DNA from: Octopus vulgaris
Lineage: Eukaryota
NCBI GenBank assembly: GCA_951406725.2
Contig: OX597818.1
Location: 117,924,001-117,988,000, forward strand
Direction: 5' to 3'
Length of the DNA stretch: 64,000 nt
Under the pieces are notes generated by a model, which saw only the letters and a program-made list of their open reading frames with translations, was not told the DNA's origin and ran no database searches. The position numbers were made by a program, and so were the translations under genes. Each line of letters opens with the position of its first letter. Position 1 is the first letter of the stretch. This document shows positions 13,795-28,208 of this stretch, one piece after another.

Positions 13795-14362
13795 GAATGC
13801 AGTTCATAAGATAATACCTTCCTTCGTCATCTCATTTTCTTATTTCTCCTCTGTAGTCGAATAAAGCATATGTATATCGAGTTCTACACCAGGTTATTTG
13901 TACATATAAATGCATACACATCCATATATGCATACATACTTACATACACAAGCGCACTTGCAGCAATCTCTCCCCCTATATATATTCTTTTAATTGTTTC
14001 TGTCATTTGACTGCAGCAATGCTGGAGCACCGTCTTATCTATATATATGATATATGTATATATAACCTGTTTTATGTATGCATTTCATTATTTATAATCG
14101 CTAAATACGTTGTTATTTAATTTTTTTGTAAGACGAAATAACTTGCAGAGAGACATCTCCTGCTTTTATTGCGTCAGAAATAAATCTGAAATAAATTTCC
14201 GCCTTCAATGTTGACAAGAATATCAAATGCTATGAGATTTCGATTTGAATTCTCGTGAATAAATTGTGAATTCCGTCAACACGTAACCTCGTCTAATTAG
14301 GATGAAAAGGAATGGTTTATCCACCTTCCGTGATTTGAGTGGCAACTTGCATTTCCTTTCTG

Positions 14363-14364
<2 letters not shown>

Positions 14365-14403
<39 letters not shown>

Positions 14404-14960
14404 CATGCATACGCACACACATAGACACACATGCATACACACGTACACAGACATTCATACATACACCACACGCGCACACACACATGCAACATACATACGT
14501 ACACCACACGCACACACACGTATACATACACCACACGCACACACACATGCACACCCGCGCACACACAAACGTACAAACATTCACACTCACACACCCACAC
14601 AGACATACATTCTCTACACGCACACATACATACACACGCACGCACGCACATATAGATAATACACACACACGCACACACACATATGCGCACACATGAATAC
14701 ACAACACGCACACACACATGTACAAACATATACACACACACACGCACACACACACATACACCACACGCACACACGCACATGTACACACGCATACGAACAC
14801 ATGCACACAAACATATTTGTACATTCGCGCATTCAAACTGACACATCGTTGTAGACACGCACTCAGACACATGCATTCACATATACGTATATATGCATGT
14901 GTAATGGTGTGATGCATGTGTGTTGTGCGTGTTTTATGTATGTGTGCGCGTGCGTATACA
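14365..14960. repeat. Degenerate (CA)n low-complexity tract
   Basis: Direct reading. Confidence 0.95.
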
Positions 14961-15933
14961 TGTATGTATTTGTAATACTCTTGCGCCTATCTATTAAGTA
15001 TTTCAAGTTATGCATTGACGAAAAATCTTTCGCCGATGAAATATTTTTCCGGTAAATATTTAGTTTCTTGTCGATATATGTACAATCACCCAGGGCTACG
15101 AAATTTATGATTCGATCATAGGACGCATGCATTTCTGCGTTGTTACTAAACATAAGCTGGAAATACCAAATCAGGCCTTGGCAGTCCAATGAAGTTCGTT
15201 TAGTTCGTATGTTAGAACAGCATGCAGTGCATTCGCCCATGTGTGCAAACAGTGTCGAAGACAGAATTAAACAAAGTTAGTCATACTAAGTAATGTTTGA
15301 TTACATATATTTATGCAAATGTGTATTCAGCACATTGAGTACACTTGGACGTGGGATGACCTTTCGCTGCAGAAGTATTCTCAGTAGAATATTCTCCTCC
15401 TAGACTACACGTGTAAGAAGAGTCTGGGTAGTGAATGTTGACAAATCGCCAAATATGCGAAAAGAATCAAATGGTCAGTAGGGTTTATATCATAGATATA
15501 CATAAAGTCCACATCTTGAGTAGATTCACAGCAAATAAGAAATGCTTTGACAGAATTTTGAATATTCAATGGATCTGAAATCAAAGAATTGTGCCAGCAT
15601 TTAGATATGACCCAGACTTTAAAGAATAAGGAAAAGAATATTGGAGCCTTTGTCCTGTTTTGTAAAAGAGGATCCTCTGGCGTTTGCTTTACTCCTTGCG
15701 GAAATTGAACTACTTATTATGCGTTATGCTTTCTATACAACGATATAAGGACTTAGTTTTATATCTAAATTGGCCATTCATGCAGAAGCGACATCTGATG
15801 TTTTTTTTTTACCTTCACCTGTCGTCCAGAGCTCTTGTTCGTTGCCAACCTGGGTGCATTTATCAACTGTTTGGCCCACTCGTTTTTGTCCATTATAAGT
15901 GCAGTAACCGAGTTAGTTGATTACTTGTGGATA

Positions 15934-15998
15934 GCATTAGTTTATTACATAGGATACCATTAGTTTATTACATAGAACACCATTAGTTTATTACATAA
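15934..15998. repeat. Three tandem copies of a ~23-bp unit (CATTAGTTTATTACATA...)
   Basis: Direct reading. Confidence 0.9.
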
Positions 15999-17247
15999 AC
16001 TTGATTTTGACTCATGCAACGAATTCTCGATGGCTCGCGGCCTTTACGCATCACTTCGTTTTTTCTTTCTTTTCGCTTCTCAGATGAAACAGCCAGCTGA
16101 CTGTCTCATAACATCTAAGGATTTGTTCTCCTCGCCATACAGTTATCAACGGAAGACGTGTCGCAAATGGTCAATCTCAGGCATAGTCAGTAAATACTGA
16201 TGGAAAAGTGTAATTACACTATTATTCCAAGTCAGGGCTTCGAGTCAAGTAGGAGGCGCGTTTCCTGAACTCAACTTTTATTAGTTGATTCAAGATGCTT
16301 TTCTGAAGAACTGTTTCTTTATATTCTATTTTGCTCTTATAACGTATGTCGTTTATCTTCATATCTATTAATAAACGAGTTTCCTATGGCGAATCGGAAC
16401 TAAACTGAGGTGTTCCCAAAAGGAGAATGGGACAAAATCAAATTTCTTAGTACATAAATCTGGTGCATATGCTGAGCTCTCCGTGAAAATGGTGCAGAGT
16501 CTGTAATTAGTACGGTTGAAATTTTGAGCTGTACGTGTTTTATGTTTGGGTGTATAATTTGGCGGCCGTAAGTTATTTGTTTAAATCTTAGATGTGTGTT
16601 TTCAATTATTTTGTGTTTTCAATGTCTTTTTCACATGTGGGCCAATCATCAAAAGCGGAATTTTGTGACGAATAATTTCGTGTAATTGTGTTATTGTTTA
16701 AAGTTATCCACTCTAGTCTTTCGGGTATTGGATTTCTGGAACATCATCTTTCGCGGGTTTTCTTATTTGATGTAATCATGCAGATTCATCATGTCAGGTT
16801 GGAAGGCATATTTGCGCTCATTTGTTTTGCATAGCAAGACGAAAATAGCAGATAATATTTAAGTCTAGCAGTCTAAAATAAAATGTCGCATTTTATATAT
16901 GTATTTGGAGATATCGAAAGAAAGTACTATATTCTTTATTACTGTATTCCATTGAGAATTACAGAGATAGTAATCTGGTTTTTAAACTCACAAAATTGAG
17001 CAAGACTGTGTGCCCAGAATTTTAATCAATTGTTAGGCAAGGTCTCCCGCTATCGAATACATATTCAAGGTAGATATTGCTGAACTTACATCTGGGGATA
17101 TTCGTTATTTAAACCTCTAAATATACCCTGACCATATTTGCATCTGTGGAGGTTACGTTCATGCCCCTCAGAGCCCCATATATACGTTTTCAGGTGTTGA
17201 CGATGTAAAAGATATTTGATAGTATGAATTTTTGCCAGAGATAAATA

Positions 17248-17812
17248 TTGGGTTGTCCGGTAAGTTCGTGCTGATTTATAGTAGCTTATCTTTCGACTTA
17301 TTCTAGAACATGGTTGAATCCATAAAATAGGATTTGACTACACCGCCATTTAGAGCACAGTTTAAGCTATTTTTCGTGGAAGAAGGTTTATCTTCCTATA
17401 ATCTGTGTTAATTCTGTAACCCTTTAAAATGGAAGATAAGAAAGTTCCTTTTCGGCACTTGATGAATCGGGGACCAGACAAAAATTGCTGCGGCTCGGCT
17501 GGGATGTGTTACCCCACCCTCCATATTCACCAGATATTGCTCCTTCGGATTTACACTTATTCAGATCTCTGCAGAATAGTCTTAATGGTAAAAATTTCAA
17601 TTCCCTTGGATGATGTAAAAAGATACCTTGATGAATTCTTTGCCATGAAACCACCTCAATTCTGGGAAGAGGATAGTTTCAAGTTAAAGGAAAGATGGAA
17701 TGAATTGTGCAACAAAATGGTTCATATTTGGTTGATTAAAAATGTAATGGCAAGTATTTATTGACCTTTTTCTTTCCTTTAAAAATCGGCGTGAACTTTC
17801 CGGACAACCCAA
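17248..17812 (+). mobile_element. Internally deleted mariner element
   Basis: TIRs TTGGGTTGTCCGGTAAGTTC / GAACTTTCCGGACAACCCAA with a TA on the left. Transposase C-terminus reads WDVLPHPPYSPDIAPSD.HLFRSLQNSL. Confidence 0.93.
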
Positions 17813-18765
17813 AGTTTTCTCAATTCCTTAGTATATCGTTTAGAAACAATTATTCCAGCCAGAATATGGTACCTTCTATTCCGCATTCGTGCTGAAGTAT
17901 ATATGTGTCCCAACATGTCCGTAGCTTGGAGCTGAAACCGATAAAAGAATATACATATAAAATATAAGGCCAATACTACGACCTGATATGAGAAGAGTTC
18001 CTTTTATGATATTCTCATCAATGTTTAGAGATTTTTCCGCTAGGTACAAATATACCCGCGCAAACTGTACTTTCTGTGTATGTGTGTGTATATATTTTTG
18101 AGTAAATACTTTATTCAATATTGTTTATCTCAGCTATTTGTGAGAATTTCTGCTTTCCTTTCCTGAAAATGAATTAATCTTTATCTCTCATGACTACTTT
18201 CTAAAGAAATGAAGATACAACCAGCAAATTTATGAGGTCTCAGCGCTGGATATAATAGAACCATGTGTTAATTATTTATGTTTCTGCGGGTTAGAGCAGC
18301 AGGCAATATATTAATCGTATTGCCGAAGCAATCTATAAACATTTTATGTTGGACATAGGAAATGCGCATAAATCATGAAAGGATATAAATTGTGGACACT
18401 TTATTTGGGAGACTAAACACCTTTTAGATTGGAGAACCTATTGTTACAAAAGTATATGGGAGGATACAATGAAATCTGTATATATCTTAGATTTCACGAA
18501 ATGGTTCTTTGTATTAAAATGCTTATTTTCTGAAGGCGATGTCTCAGCAGAACAGCGGTCCAGTCATTTTAATAGAAGGAGGTAAAAGGATATTCAATGT
18601 TAAGGAACTTATAACAGATAACAGTGTCAAATATGAAAAAAATAACGCCATTGCTTAATATTCAATATATATTCTGTATAAACATAATGTTTGAGATATT
18701 TGAGATAAACATTACTTAAAATTAGGAAATAATTCGATAAATATATTGTTTCAAAAATTCTAATA

Positions 18766-18805
<40 letters not shown>

Positions 18806-18817
18806 TACATATACACG

Positions 18818-18875
<58 letters not shown>

Positions 18876-19212
18876 AAATGAGGGTGAGTAATTGGATATT
18901 AATTTAATATCAATCTAACACCAGTGGTCTACCATATTAAAATCTGAAGGTTCAGTAAGTTGCATAATATACATATGAGATAGATGACCCCCTACGTGGA
19001 CAACCCTTATGCCTATAGCCGATCTACTTCTAGCATAAGGTTTGTGCACATAATGGTCATCCCTCTCATATGTATATATATATATATATATATACCTATG
19101 TGCGTGTGTGTGTTTGTGTATGTTTGTGTTTGTGCGCTATTAAGATACGTGCGTATGCATGAGTTTTACTAAAATAAGTGTGTATGTATGTATATATGTA
19201 TATATATTTATA

Positions 19213-19271
<59 letters not shown>

Positions 19272-19292
19272 AAATGTATATATATATATACT

Positions 19293-19344
<52 letters not shown>

Positions 19345-19593
19345 CGTACATATAATGTGTAAGTATGTGTGTCTATGATCCGAAAAGAGTAGAACTTCGT
19401 TGCCCCGTGAAATTGTTTAAATAGTTGAAAGATCCAAAGAATAAAATTCATAGAAAGTAAATTGCTTGAAAATTTCCAATGTTTGCGTACATCTTGTTTG
19501 CAATGTGGATATTAAGCAGGCTCTTTACAATATGAAATATTATTGGAATTATATTAGCCGCAAGGGAACCTGTCAGAAATATACGCCATCGAA

Positions 19594-19651
<58 letters not shown>

Positions 19652-19771
19652 AAATGTTCTTAATGAACGAAATAAAAGAAAGGAAAACATGAAAATGTCA
19701 AATGTATCTGTTTATTCACCCACTAATACACAAGCACACTCTCACACACATGCAAATATTTGTGCACATAT

Positions 19772-19825
<54 letters not shown>

Positions 19826-19870
19826 GTAGCTAAATATGTAAACACTCTTTCTCTGATCCTTTATATATAT

Positions 19871-20022
19871 TTTTCAAATACAGCAACTCAGTTTAAATTT
19901 CAAGGCCTAATATTCGAAATCTCCTAAGCATTCCGATTTTAAATGTAAGCATTACAATCGGAATTCTTACGGGATTTGAAATATAAGGCCATGAAATTTA
20001 AACCCAATTGCTGTATTTGAAA
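19871..20022. repeat. ~150-bp imperfect palindrome (fold-back/MITE-like)
   Basis: TTTTCAAATACAGCAA..TTTAAATTTCA.GGCC..TCCGATT pairs with AATCGGA..GGCC.TGAAATTTAAA..TTGCTGTATTTGAAAA. Confidence 0.85.
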
Positions 20023-20566
20023 ATCAATGAAGCCCTAGGGTGGTGAATCTCTTTCATGCCAACATGAAAGTGAATGAATATTAGTTGCAAATATCAAATA
20101 ATCCTTGAAAGAATACTTAAATGTACTTTCTCTAGAATGGAGAATGTGTCTTATCTAAAATACAACGTTGCATGTTTCTGACAGTCACTTAGTTTTCTTG
20201 TCATGTACACAAATATAGGTAAAGCATCCCAAAAGTAATAAAGAACGTGAAGCTTTATAAACATAAAAAATCTAAACAGATTTAATTAACCTAAAAGACG
20301 TAACTCAGTAACGGATAACATCCATTATATTGTAAATGCTGTAAGCACTTGAACTGAAAGTGTGCGAGTTATTGCAATTAGTAAAAACAATAAATTTATA
20401 GCAGGTTTAAATAAGATTATTAGAGCGATTACTTTCTCTGTTTTACCTAAATTCATATATTTTTTCTCTCTTCGGTCTCTGTTTACATGGACGTATTTGT
20501 TTACGAAACATCGTAGCTTACTGTGCAGGCTTTGAATTCTAAAGAAAAAATATTAAAATAAATTGG

Positions 20567-21560
20567 TTATGTAGCACAATGTTTCGAGATAATCAAGTCC
20601 AGGAGAAAATGATTGCCTCCAGCGAATAATATGAGCTGGCGATCCTTTGCCTGTGAGGTGTATCTCATAAATGTCTTATGTTGTTGTACACTAAACAATT
20701 TGGAAAGAGTGCGGTAAGAGAGCCTGTTTAATTTACAACGGGAATTATTCGTTTTCTGACTAACAACAGCCACAATAAAGGAAAGATCGTAAAGACTACA
20801 GTCTTGAAAATCGCTTATTAATACTTGATGAAAATGTTGCTACTCTACGGCAACCAATTCTGTCTCTTTCTGCAGTATGTCAGGGGACCGAATTCTATTG
20901 CCCCGTATAAGGCCTTCTAGCAGCAACATCCATTTTGCGGCAACTTCACATAGCCCTGTGTATTGTTCCCAAGATCCTGATTAAAGATGTTGGGTTCCAT
21001 GACGACACCCTCACGAGAGACACAAGCAAAGACCAGTGATGGCCATGGCATCGTAGTATCTGTGCATGTCAAAATTTACAGCCATTGCAGTGTTCACGGC
21101 ACACTGAGCCACAATCATGATGTCCTCATTTTGATTTTGATAGCCGAGTGCGAATCATCAGGATAGAGACATGTATTTTCTAACCTTTAGATGATTTCCA
21201 GTTCTCACTATCAGCTAATTTTCCTCAACTATAGCACTAGTCTGTATACTCTACAAAGTCCTTCACTGTTCACCATGGCATCAATCTCTTCCTGAAAGAA
21301 AGAGAAGAAAACAGCCCGAATATCGTATACGTGGGCGATCGGCAGATGTAGAGTATCGGTTACATTTGTAATAGTTCTCATGGCTTCCTGTGATTTCACT
21401 TCCAGCTTGCAATTATGAATTTCACAAATGGGCCTACTGATCTCGATAAATAATGTACTAACCAAATAGTCGTGCAAACGGCCCTCACTGCAATTTTGTG
21501 ATCGTGTGTATTTCTCCTGACTATGTTGTTTCTGGCGGAGTGATCATTTTACATATAAAC
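20567..21560 (-). pseudogene. Highly degraded Mutator-like (FLYWCH/MULE) transposase remnant
   Basis: N-terminal frame YTRSQNCSEGRLH...EIHNCKLEVKSQEAM is FLYWCH-like. C-terminal KTNNSRCKLNRL...QLILFAGG resembles the RTNN..EGWH.KLN motif. There are many stops and frameshifts. Confidence 0.45.
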
Positions 21561-22789
21561 AATAATCCGTGAACGTCTGAAGCAGTTAGCGAAACGTTGC
21601 TACCTGATGATTCTGAGTTACCCTTGTTGTTATGTATGTATGTAGTTTACTTTGGAATAGATTAAAATATTTCTTTTGCAAAATTCTCTTCGTTCATCAT
21701 CAGTTTGACAAGGCTCTTTTCTTTATGTGAATATATCACTATATATTTGTCGTTAACTAAAATAATTGATGTATATGTATATGAGTGTATTTGAGGAATA
21801 ACGTGAAGTCGTGTAATGGATGTGCGTACCAAGTGAATACAAAAGAGCGTGTCTTCAGTGATGTTTATGTACATGCTTGCAGATGCATTCTATAGGTAAA
21901 TGTAACTATTTGTATTTATTCTCCCAGGGACTACAAGCATGTTATCTCTGGAACGTCTGATAAATCTTCACTCTACTTATCGTTGATATACAGAGTTTTT
22001 GCTATCAGCGTAACTTACACTTTCCTGGGTTATCCGAATATGTTTAGGATTTTCTGTCATAGGAGCTGTGCTGTTGTTAAGAAGCGCAATGCGGTTATGA
22101 CAACAGGAATAAATTAAAATATATATTCCTGACGTAATTACGTTTCTTATTAATTTCACAAAGATGGCCTTTTCCGCCACTTTGGCTGCTGATCACAGTG
22201 ATTCACGGATTGTACTCCACCTCGGGGAAAAGAAAAAATCGGGTGGTTGTGTTTTCACCTGTGTGCAATTTATATTTGAACATTCCAAGACCGCTCTTTA
22301 CTGTTCAAGGGGTATACTTTGAGGGTTTAAGTGTGATGTTGATTTAGCCATGAAGGCAATGCTTCCTGTATAAACTATTGTAAACGCCTTGCAAGACATT
22401 ATATGACTCATGGGCAGCTAATGTCTTTAGTAATGACTAGTAATGTAATATCATTGGCATCGGTCGGCATAGGTATAGTGGTTGATTTTTATCACAGCCT
22501 AGATTTGGAGGCACACCAATATTTTTCATTTTGATCAGGTACTTATTACTCTCTGTTGGTTTTTGAATAGCAAAAGCGAAGTCTAACAGGTGAGATGGGT
22601 TACACTTATACTAGAGGTATGTATGTATGTACGTATGTATGTATCTTATGTACGTATGTATGTATATGTTTGCATGTATGTATGTTTGTATAAATGTATG
22701 TATGTTTGTATGTATGTATGTATGTTGTATGTATGTATGAATGTATGTATTTATGTATGTATGTATGCATGTATGTATGTATGCACGTA

Positions 22790-23060
22790 TGTATATGTGA
22801 AGATTTGTATGTTTTGTTTTATGATACACTTCTGGAAAGTTTTTCAGATTTTTCAGTTCCAGTGATGGTTTTGGATCTATAGCTTTCGAATTAGCTTTCT
22901 CCTTTCTGGTTTTGAGAAGCCTAATTTCTCAAGATTGGTATTTAAGCAATGTGTTACATATCCCAAGGCCCCAATAATTTCAGGTATAAATTGAACTGGA
23001 TAGAGAGTAACTACAGATTTCCCAATTTTTTCCCAATAGTAGAGCATAGGTATTCTCTTC
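22790..23060 (-). mobile_element. R4/Dong-like RLE LINE, short 3' end embedded in (CATA)n
   Basis: LYPVQFIPEIIGALGYVTHCLNTNLEKLGFSKPERRKLIRKL is a paralog of the 23388-23681 translation. Confidence 0.8.
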
Positions 23061-23093
<33 letters not shown>

Positions 23094-23299
23094 TGTATGT
23101 ATGTATGTATGTATGTATGTATGTATGTATGTATGTATGTATATATGTATGAATGTATGTATGTATGTATATGTGTCATTATTCACTTTATTTCAAGATT
23201 TCTTTCAAAGAAAGGACCGATTTCTAACCAAGATCCAAGTTTCCTTCATTGGAATTTAAACATCAAGAACAGGGTATTTTTGTATGTAAGTATGTATGT

Positions 23300-24290
23300 A
23301 TGTAAGTATGTATGTACAGATTTGTATGTTTTATGGATGCATTCTCATGCATATAGTTGCATATCTAGACATGCTCATATATATATTTTAAATGATAAAC
23401 TTCTGGAAAGTTTTAAATATTTTTACATTTTTTCCAGTGATGAATAGGATTTCTAGTCTACGAATTAGCTTTCTCCTTTTTGGTTTTAAGAAGCCTACTT
23501 TCTCAAGATTGCTATTCAAGGAGTGTGTTATATATCCCAGGGCCCTAATAATTACAGGTATAAACCTGAACTTGTAATCTGGATAGAGTAACTGCAGATT
23601 TCTCAATAGTTCAGCATAGGTGTTCCCTTTTTCACTGATCTTCAGCTTTATGTTAATATCAGCTGGGCAGTTAATTTCCACAAGTGTGCCCCGGTGTTCT
23701 TCTCTATCCCAAACCGTTATATAAGGTCTATTGTACTTACATTTTATTGAGGTCTTCCACCAATAATCGGGTTTTAATTATGAGTGGCTATGGCTTCTAA
23801 CATATTGTGGGTTCTTATTTCTTGTCCTCGGGATTATCCTTCCGACGGATTTCATTATAGAGTATCCTAGCTACAACATCATGTCTCATCGGTAGATAAT
23901 ACCGAGATGACATTTTCAGACAGCTGCTTATGATGTGGGTGATATCTTCAGTGTGAACTCCACAATGTCTGCATCAGTTGTCACATTTTACGGCCTTTCC
24001 TGCATCTCTATCCATTTTGTGCATGGCGTACTTGTTTGATATTTCTTGTACCTGGATTACAGACGCATACCCTTCAAAGTGAGAGGTAATAATCCAGCTA
24101 TTCGTCCATGATAAACTGCTTTGATGATCGATGTTACAATCATCACGGAGCTTTCTACTAACATTTCCATGCGTAGTCTTCTGCTCATAGAGACTCATCC
24201 TTTCATTTGATGATACGTTGCACTCGATTCGTCCGACTTTGCGCATGTATTCTAGGTTATCGGATAAGAGTGTTGCTTAAGAAGCTGCCT
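23300..24290 (-). mobile_element. R4/Dong-like RLE LINE 3' fragment (zinc knuckle + restriction-like endonuclease)
   Basis: CRHCGVHTEDITHIISSC, RHDVVA, RPYITVWDRE, EINCPAD..EK..Y and PVII.ALG motifs. It is flanked by (CATA)n and has stops and frameshifts. Confidence 0.88.
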
Positions 24291-25040
24291 TCCAAATCTT
24301 ATGTATGTATGAATGTATGTATTATGTATGTACGTGTGTCTGTGTATATGTGTGTATTTGTGCATGTGTATATGTATCTATGGTTGGATGGATGGACGGA
24401 TGGATGTTTATGTGCACAGATATATGTGTGTGTGTGTGTGTGTGCGGGCGCGCACGTTTGCATATGTGTGTGTATTTGTGAATGTGTTGTGTTTGTGTGT
24501 GTGTGTGTGCGTGTGTACCTGTCCTAAGTCGGGATCTACTACATCATTACTTAGTCCAAAACGGTGAATTCGAAATTTCAGATTAAAATATAATTTATGA
24601 TAATAGATTACCCAAAAACATAAAGAATTCGTCGCTGGCCTATTACATAAATATATATTCTGTTATTTGAACGACGCAACCCATCAGGCTTAAATCTATA
24701 TTAAAATGTACTTTTTCATCTAAAGACATTCATGAGCTCAAAAAAAAAAAGCAGTACATAGCGTATGAGTTACATGAACTTCTAACATCCGAATACCATG
24801 TAAACGATCCGTAATATACACTTACGTTTCCCACTTAATCCGAATGAATACAAAGGCTTAGTATGAATATAACAGTTTCAACAGTATAGCTGTTTTACTA
24901 AAAGACTTGTCTAGGGCTTGTAATGGTAGCATTAGCAAGATAACCGTACAATGAAAGTGACTGATAATAAAGAACGATTCTTGTAACTACAGTGCTGTAG
25001 CATTACGGAAAAGAAAAGTTAAAACAGGGCAGTACTACTG

Positions 25041-25048
25041 TGACGTCA
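25041..25048. promoter_or_regulatory. Palindromic CRE/ATF site TGACGTCA upstream of the start exon
   Basis: Exact match 130 bp before the ATG at 25171; further TGACGT half-sites lie nearby. Function is not shown. Confidence 0.4.
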
Positions 25049-25170
25049 AAATAGATGTCTGACGTTTGAATGCATTTGAAACATTGAAATAGCAGAAGAA
25101 ATTTAAACCAAGACATGTAAAAGTTAGATTCTTTTACGGAAAAGGTGATATTTAAAGTAACAGCAAAGAT

Positions 25171-25205
25171 ATGGCGAGACCACCGGACACCATAACTGTA
25201 AAATT
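25171..25205 (+). CDS. Probable first coding exon (MARPPDTITVK-) of the Ubl-domain gene
   Basis: ATGG context, in-frame TAA at 25153, and a GTAAGT donor at 25206. The phase-2 end matches the phase of the 32379 exon (TT+C = Phe). Confidence 0.6.
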
Positions 25206-25949
25206 GTAAGTTTTAATCCAGAACACATCCATGAAACACTTCTGTTAGTTACCTAGCAGTTTTCTTCATATAGTAAAACTCAAATCAATCATCGCTAACT
25301 TACTTATTTCAAAATAACTATCATAAAATATATTGCGAAAATCCAATGCATTATCGCTCCAAATGACGTCTTGTATCGCTACTTCATTAACCAGTAAACC
25401 ATTTATAATCACGTCAATATATCGTTGAAAAACGTCGTTATAGATGCTAGACATCTGTTAATATATGGTGTTATATCCGAGCATCATTCATTATGTGTCA
25501 GTGACGTATATAACCGCAGGAATTATAATTCTTCATTCTGTACAATTGTTATTATTCTTAGATTAAGCAGACTGTAGAGCATAGAATAGAAACTTAAAAA
25601 GTAGATTATGTTTATATCTTTAGACGTATTTCACTCTAGGCATGAACATAATTTCAAAATATAGCTTCTTGGTCAGTTTTCAGGAGCTTATGTTGCGAAA
25701 GAGAAGTTCAATAATGACAAAGCAAATAACGCTAAACTTTGGCAATGCCGTAGGTGAAATGTTTCTGTCTAGGACTGAGCTGAAAGTAATTTGGAGTTAG
25801 ACGAGTGTTTCATTCTGCTTGGGATTTATTTGACGTCAAGGGTATGTCTCATTTTCGAACACATGCCGAACATTTAAAACTGGACGGATAATTAATACTT
25901 ACGCAGAAAATATTTACATACACAAACGCACACACACACACACACACAC

Positions 25950-26000
<51 letters not shown>

Positions 26001-26500
26001 AATACATACAAGATAATATGTAAAAGCATATGTCATGCATATACATAGATACACGCACACACACACGTATCATATGCATGTGTGCGTGTGTCTGAGTGTA
26101 GCGTGTGTGTATGTATATGTGTGTTCATGGGCATTTATGTACCACTAAGGGGAAATTATAGATGACACATGAACCTTAGAGATCAGCAGTATGTCTCAAG
26201 GCGTGATCATTTCTTTAGAATTTAGTTGATGGTGGACGCATTAGTTGCTTAATAAAGTTCTCATTCTTGTCACCTAAACTGGGAAATGCAGTTTTAATGA
26301 ATTAAAGCTGGGGCACGTTTGAATGGTTTGGAGCTTTATATGGAAATTTTACAAGAATTTGCTTGTGAAATTTTACAGTTTTTCTACGAGTATATAAAGT
26401 GTAGTTTATTGCGTTCAGTCATTGATGTTTGTTCAAATCTTACTCGGATCACGTTTGTACTCCCTTCTATTATGCAGAATTATAGTCGATATAATGAATA

Positions 26501-26900
26501 AGGCGGCGAGCTGGCAGAGTTGTTAACACGCCGGGCGAAATGCGTCGCCGTATTTCGTCAGCCGTTACGTTCTGAGTTCAAATTCCGCCGAGGTCGACCT
26601 TGCTTTTTATTCCTTCGGGGTCGATTAAATAAGTACCAGTTACGCACTGGGGTCGATATAATCGACTTAATACGTCTGTCTGTCCTTGTTTGTCCCCTCT
26701 GTGTTTAGCCTTTTGTGGGTAGTAATGAAATAGGTATTTTGTCTGCCGCTACGTTCTGAGTTCAAATTCCGCCATGTCGATTTGCCTTTCATTCTTCCGT
26801 GGTTGATTAAATAAGTACCAGTTCCGCACTGGGGTCGATATAATCGACTTAATCCGTGTATCTGTCCTTGTTTGTCCTATATGTGGGTAGTAAAGAAATA
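26501..26900 (+). mobile_element. tRNA-derived SINE family C (Nin/Deu-like domain), partial dimer with TSD
   Basis: GAGTTCAAATTCC B-box and TCCTTCGGGGTCGATTAAATAAGTACCAG core, repeated from about 26735. Flanking ATATAATGAAT duplication. Confidence 0.88.
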
Positions 26901-27640
26901 GATATAATGAATTAAATATTTGGATAACAACTATGGGGGATAATATACGATATTATCCTTCATAGTTGTTATCCAAACATTACAATTAATAAAGTATAAA
27001 TCAATATTTAAAAATAGATATCTACCTCTAAATACCTTAAAATCAATGTCTTTTAAACCGGTACAATTTCGTTTCTATGTGTAGTGACATTTGCAGTCTC
27101 AAAGGCATTGATATATAAATAAAAGTTATTGTTCTAAATAACAATCCGGTAATGTTTGAATGAAAGCATAGATACTTTTCCCAAGTTAATGAAATATAAT
27201 AACATCGTACGAGATAGTAAATGGTAAAATCAGGAGGATCTGAAGAGTAGAAACATAACAGAGTAATACATAATTAGAAAAATAAAACAGAACTGGAATA
27301 CTCATTAAGAAAATACACGATTTGTGTTTAAAAAAAAAATCCGAACAAGGAAAATAGATATTGATAAAATAAAATATAGAAGAAAAAAAAAATATTTTCG
27401 AAATATCAAAAATATCAATGAGACGAAGTTAAATAAGAAAATGAACATAAAATATGCGAAGTAATAACGAAAGATGAATAGAAATAAAAGCGAGGCAGCT
27501 TTGGTTGAATATGACACGTATCAATTACTTGTTTCTTAATATTTAAGGATTACGTATTTTGTAATTTAATTTCCACTACATGCTATGTTTTCTTGTACTT
27601 CTTTACGTTCATTCCATTAGAAAGGAAATATTTATGGTTT

Positions 27641-27697
<57 letters not shown>

Positions 27698-27703
27698 ACA
27701 TAA

Positions 27704-27769
<66 letters not shown>

Positions 27770-27790
27770 GTATATATACATATATATATA

Positions 27791-28208
27791 GGCGTAGGAG
27801 TGGCTGTGTGGTAAGTAGCTTGTTTATGAACTACTTGGTTCCGGGTTCAGTCCCACTGCGTGGCACCTTGGGCAAATCTCGTCTACGATCAAAGCCTTGT
27901 GAGTGGATCTGGTAGACGGAAACTGAAAGAATCCCATCGTATATATGTATATGTATATATCTATGTGTGTGTGTGTGTATATGTATATATATATGTATGT
28001 GTGTGTTCGTGTGTCTGTGTTTGTCCCCCCAACATCGCTTGACAACAGATGCTGGTGTATTTACGTCCCCGAAACCTAGCGGTTCGGCAAAAGACACCGA
28101 TAGAATAAGTACTTGGCTTACAAAGAATAAGTCCTGGGATCGATTTGCTCGGCTAAAGGCGGTGCTCCAGCATGGTCACAGTCACATGACTGAAACAAGT
28201 AAAAGAGT
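27791..28208 (+). mobile_element. tRNA-derived SINE (family B)
   Basis: Colinear with the 9243 copy. Confidence 0.9.

Noticed and set aside
15290-16250. Coding-like sequence and an acceptor + ATG at about 16084
   Set aside because: The frames are short with no recognisable motif.
22200-22590. Possible LINE RT remnant on the - strand
   Set aside because: There is only a vague YADD-like region, too decayed to support.
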